From Thermoplasmata archaeon (GTDB lineage Archaea > Thermoplasmatota > Thermoplasmata > Lutacidiplasmatales > UBA184), in contig JAKBSJ010000002.1 in NCBI GenBank assembly GCA_021844945.1, positions 230,965 to 294,964 of the forward strand: a stretch of DNA of 64,000 bases. The letters run 5' to 3'. The notes beneath the pieces are model-generated. The model did not search any database, was not told the DNA's origin, and worked only from the letters and a program-made list of their open reading frames with translations. Made by a program: the position numbers and the translations under genes. Shown here one piece after another: positions 63,961-64,000 of this stretch (its first letter is position 1; each line of letters begins with the position of its first letter).

Positions 63961-64000
63961 GTGCCCGAGAAGGAATCGTTCGTCGTCACCCCCTACGAGG
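63961..64000 (+). CDS. 5' end of a plus-strand gene, possibly tryptophanyl-tRNA synthetase (13 codons only)
   Basis: GTG 63961 is followed by PEKESFVVTPYE. The F.VTPWE/YE string recalls the archaeal TrpRS N-terminus. This is too short to be sure. Confidence 0.2.
   Translation, partial: MPEKESFVVTPYE

Noticed and set aside
1-64000. CRISPR arrays, IS elements, rRNA genes, toxin-antitoxin pairs and known defence-system hallmarks
   Set aside because: I noticed no regularly spaced direct repeats, no transposase, integrase or Cas-like proteins, and no rRNA-like stretches. The only mobile element supported is the atpA intein.

Overview
This is a very GC-rich (roughly two-thirds G+C by eye), densely coding segment of an archaeal chromosome. 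The gene content includes the PolD large subunit, gyrase A, FtsZ, A1Ao ATP synthase, RNase P Pop5, ribosomal proteins L37e and S15, a RecJ/GAN-like DHH nuclease, PurP and a class II RNR. That set suggests a euryarchaeal, Thermoplasmatota-like lineage, but this is inference only. I support about 60 protein genes and one tRNA. I found no rRNA, CRISPR array, transposase or integrase. Genes are packed tightly, and many junctions are 4-nt ATGA/GTGA start-stop overlaps. The main observations are: (1) a tRNA-Arg(UCG) gene is interrupted by a 25-nt intron in the T-loop (position 59/60) that folds into a textbook hBHBh' splicing motif; (2) atpA is split in its P-loop by a 456-aa LAGLIDADG intein; (3) the ATP synthase genes form two convergent units (K-E-C against F-A-B-D-x-H-I) with near-identical promoter cores, stop codons that meet inside a palindrome, and an unlisted 49-codon TM ORF between atpD and atpH; (4) a candidate undescribed module combines a P-loop-less RecA-fold protein, a small helical ORF and a family-B polymerase with degenerate Exo I and motif C; (5) a translationally coupled HEAT-repeat / tandem-GNAT / GT-B-like operon has no known function; (6) a DUF929 thioredoxin-fold membrane protein sits next to VKOR; (7) aceB-aceA encode a glyoxylate shunt; (8) a small, very basic tandem-repeat protein has its own strong promoter. 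Most long ORFs in the supplied track that lie antisense to these genes are GC-shadow artefacts. All homology calls come from reading the translated sequences, and no database search was run.
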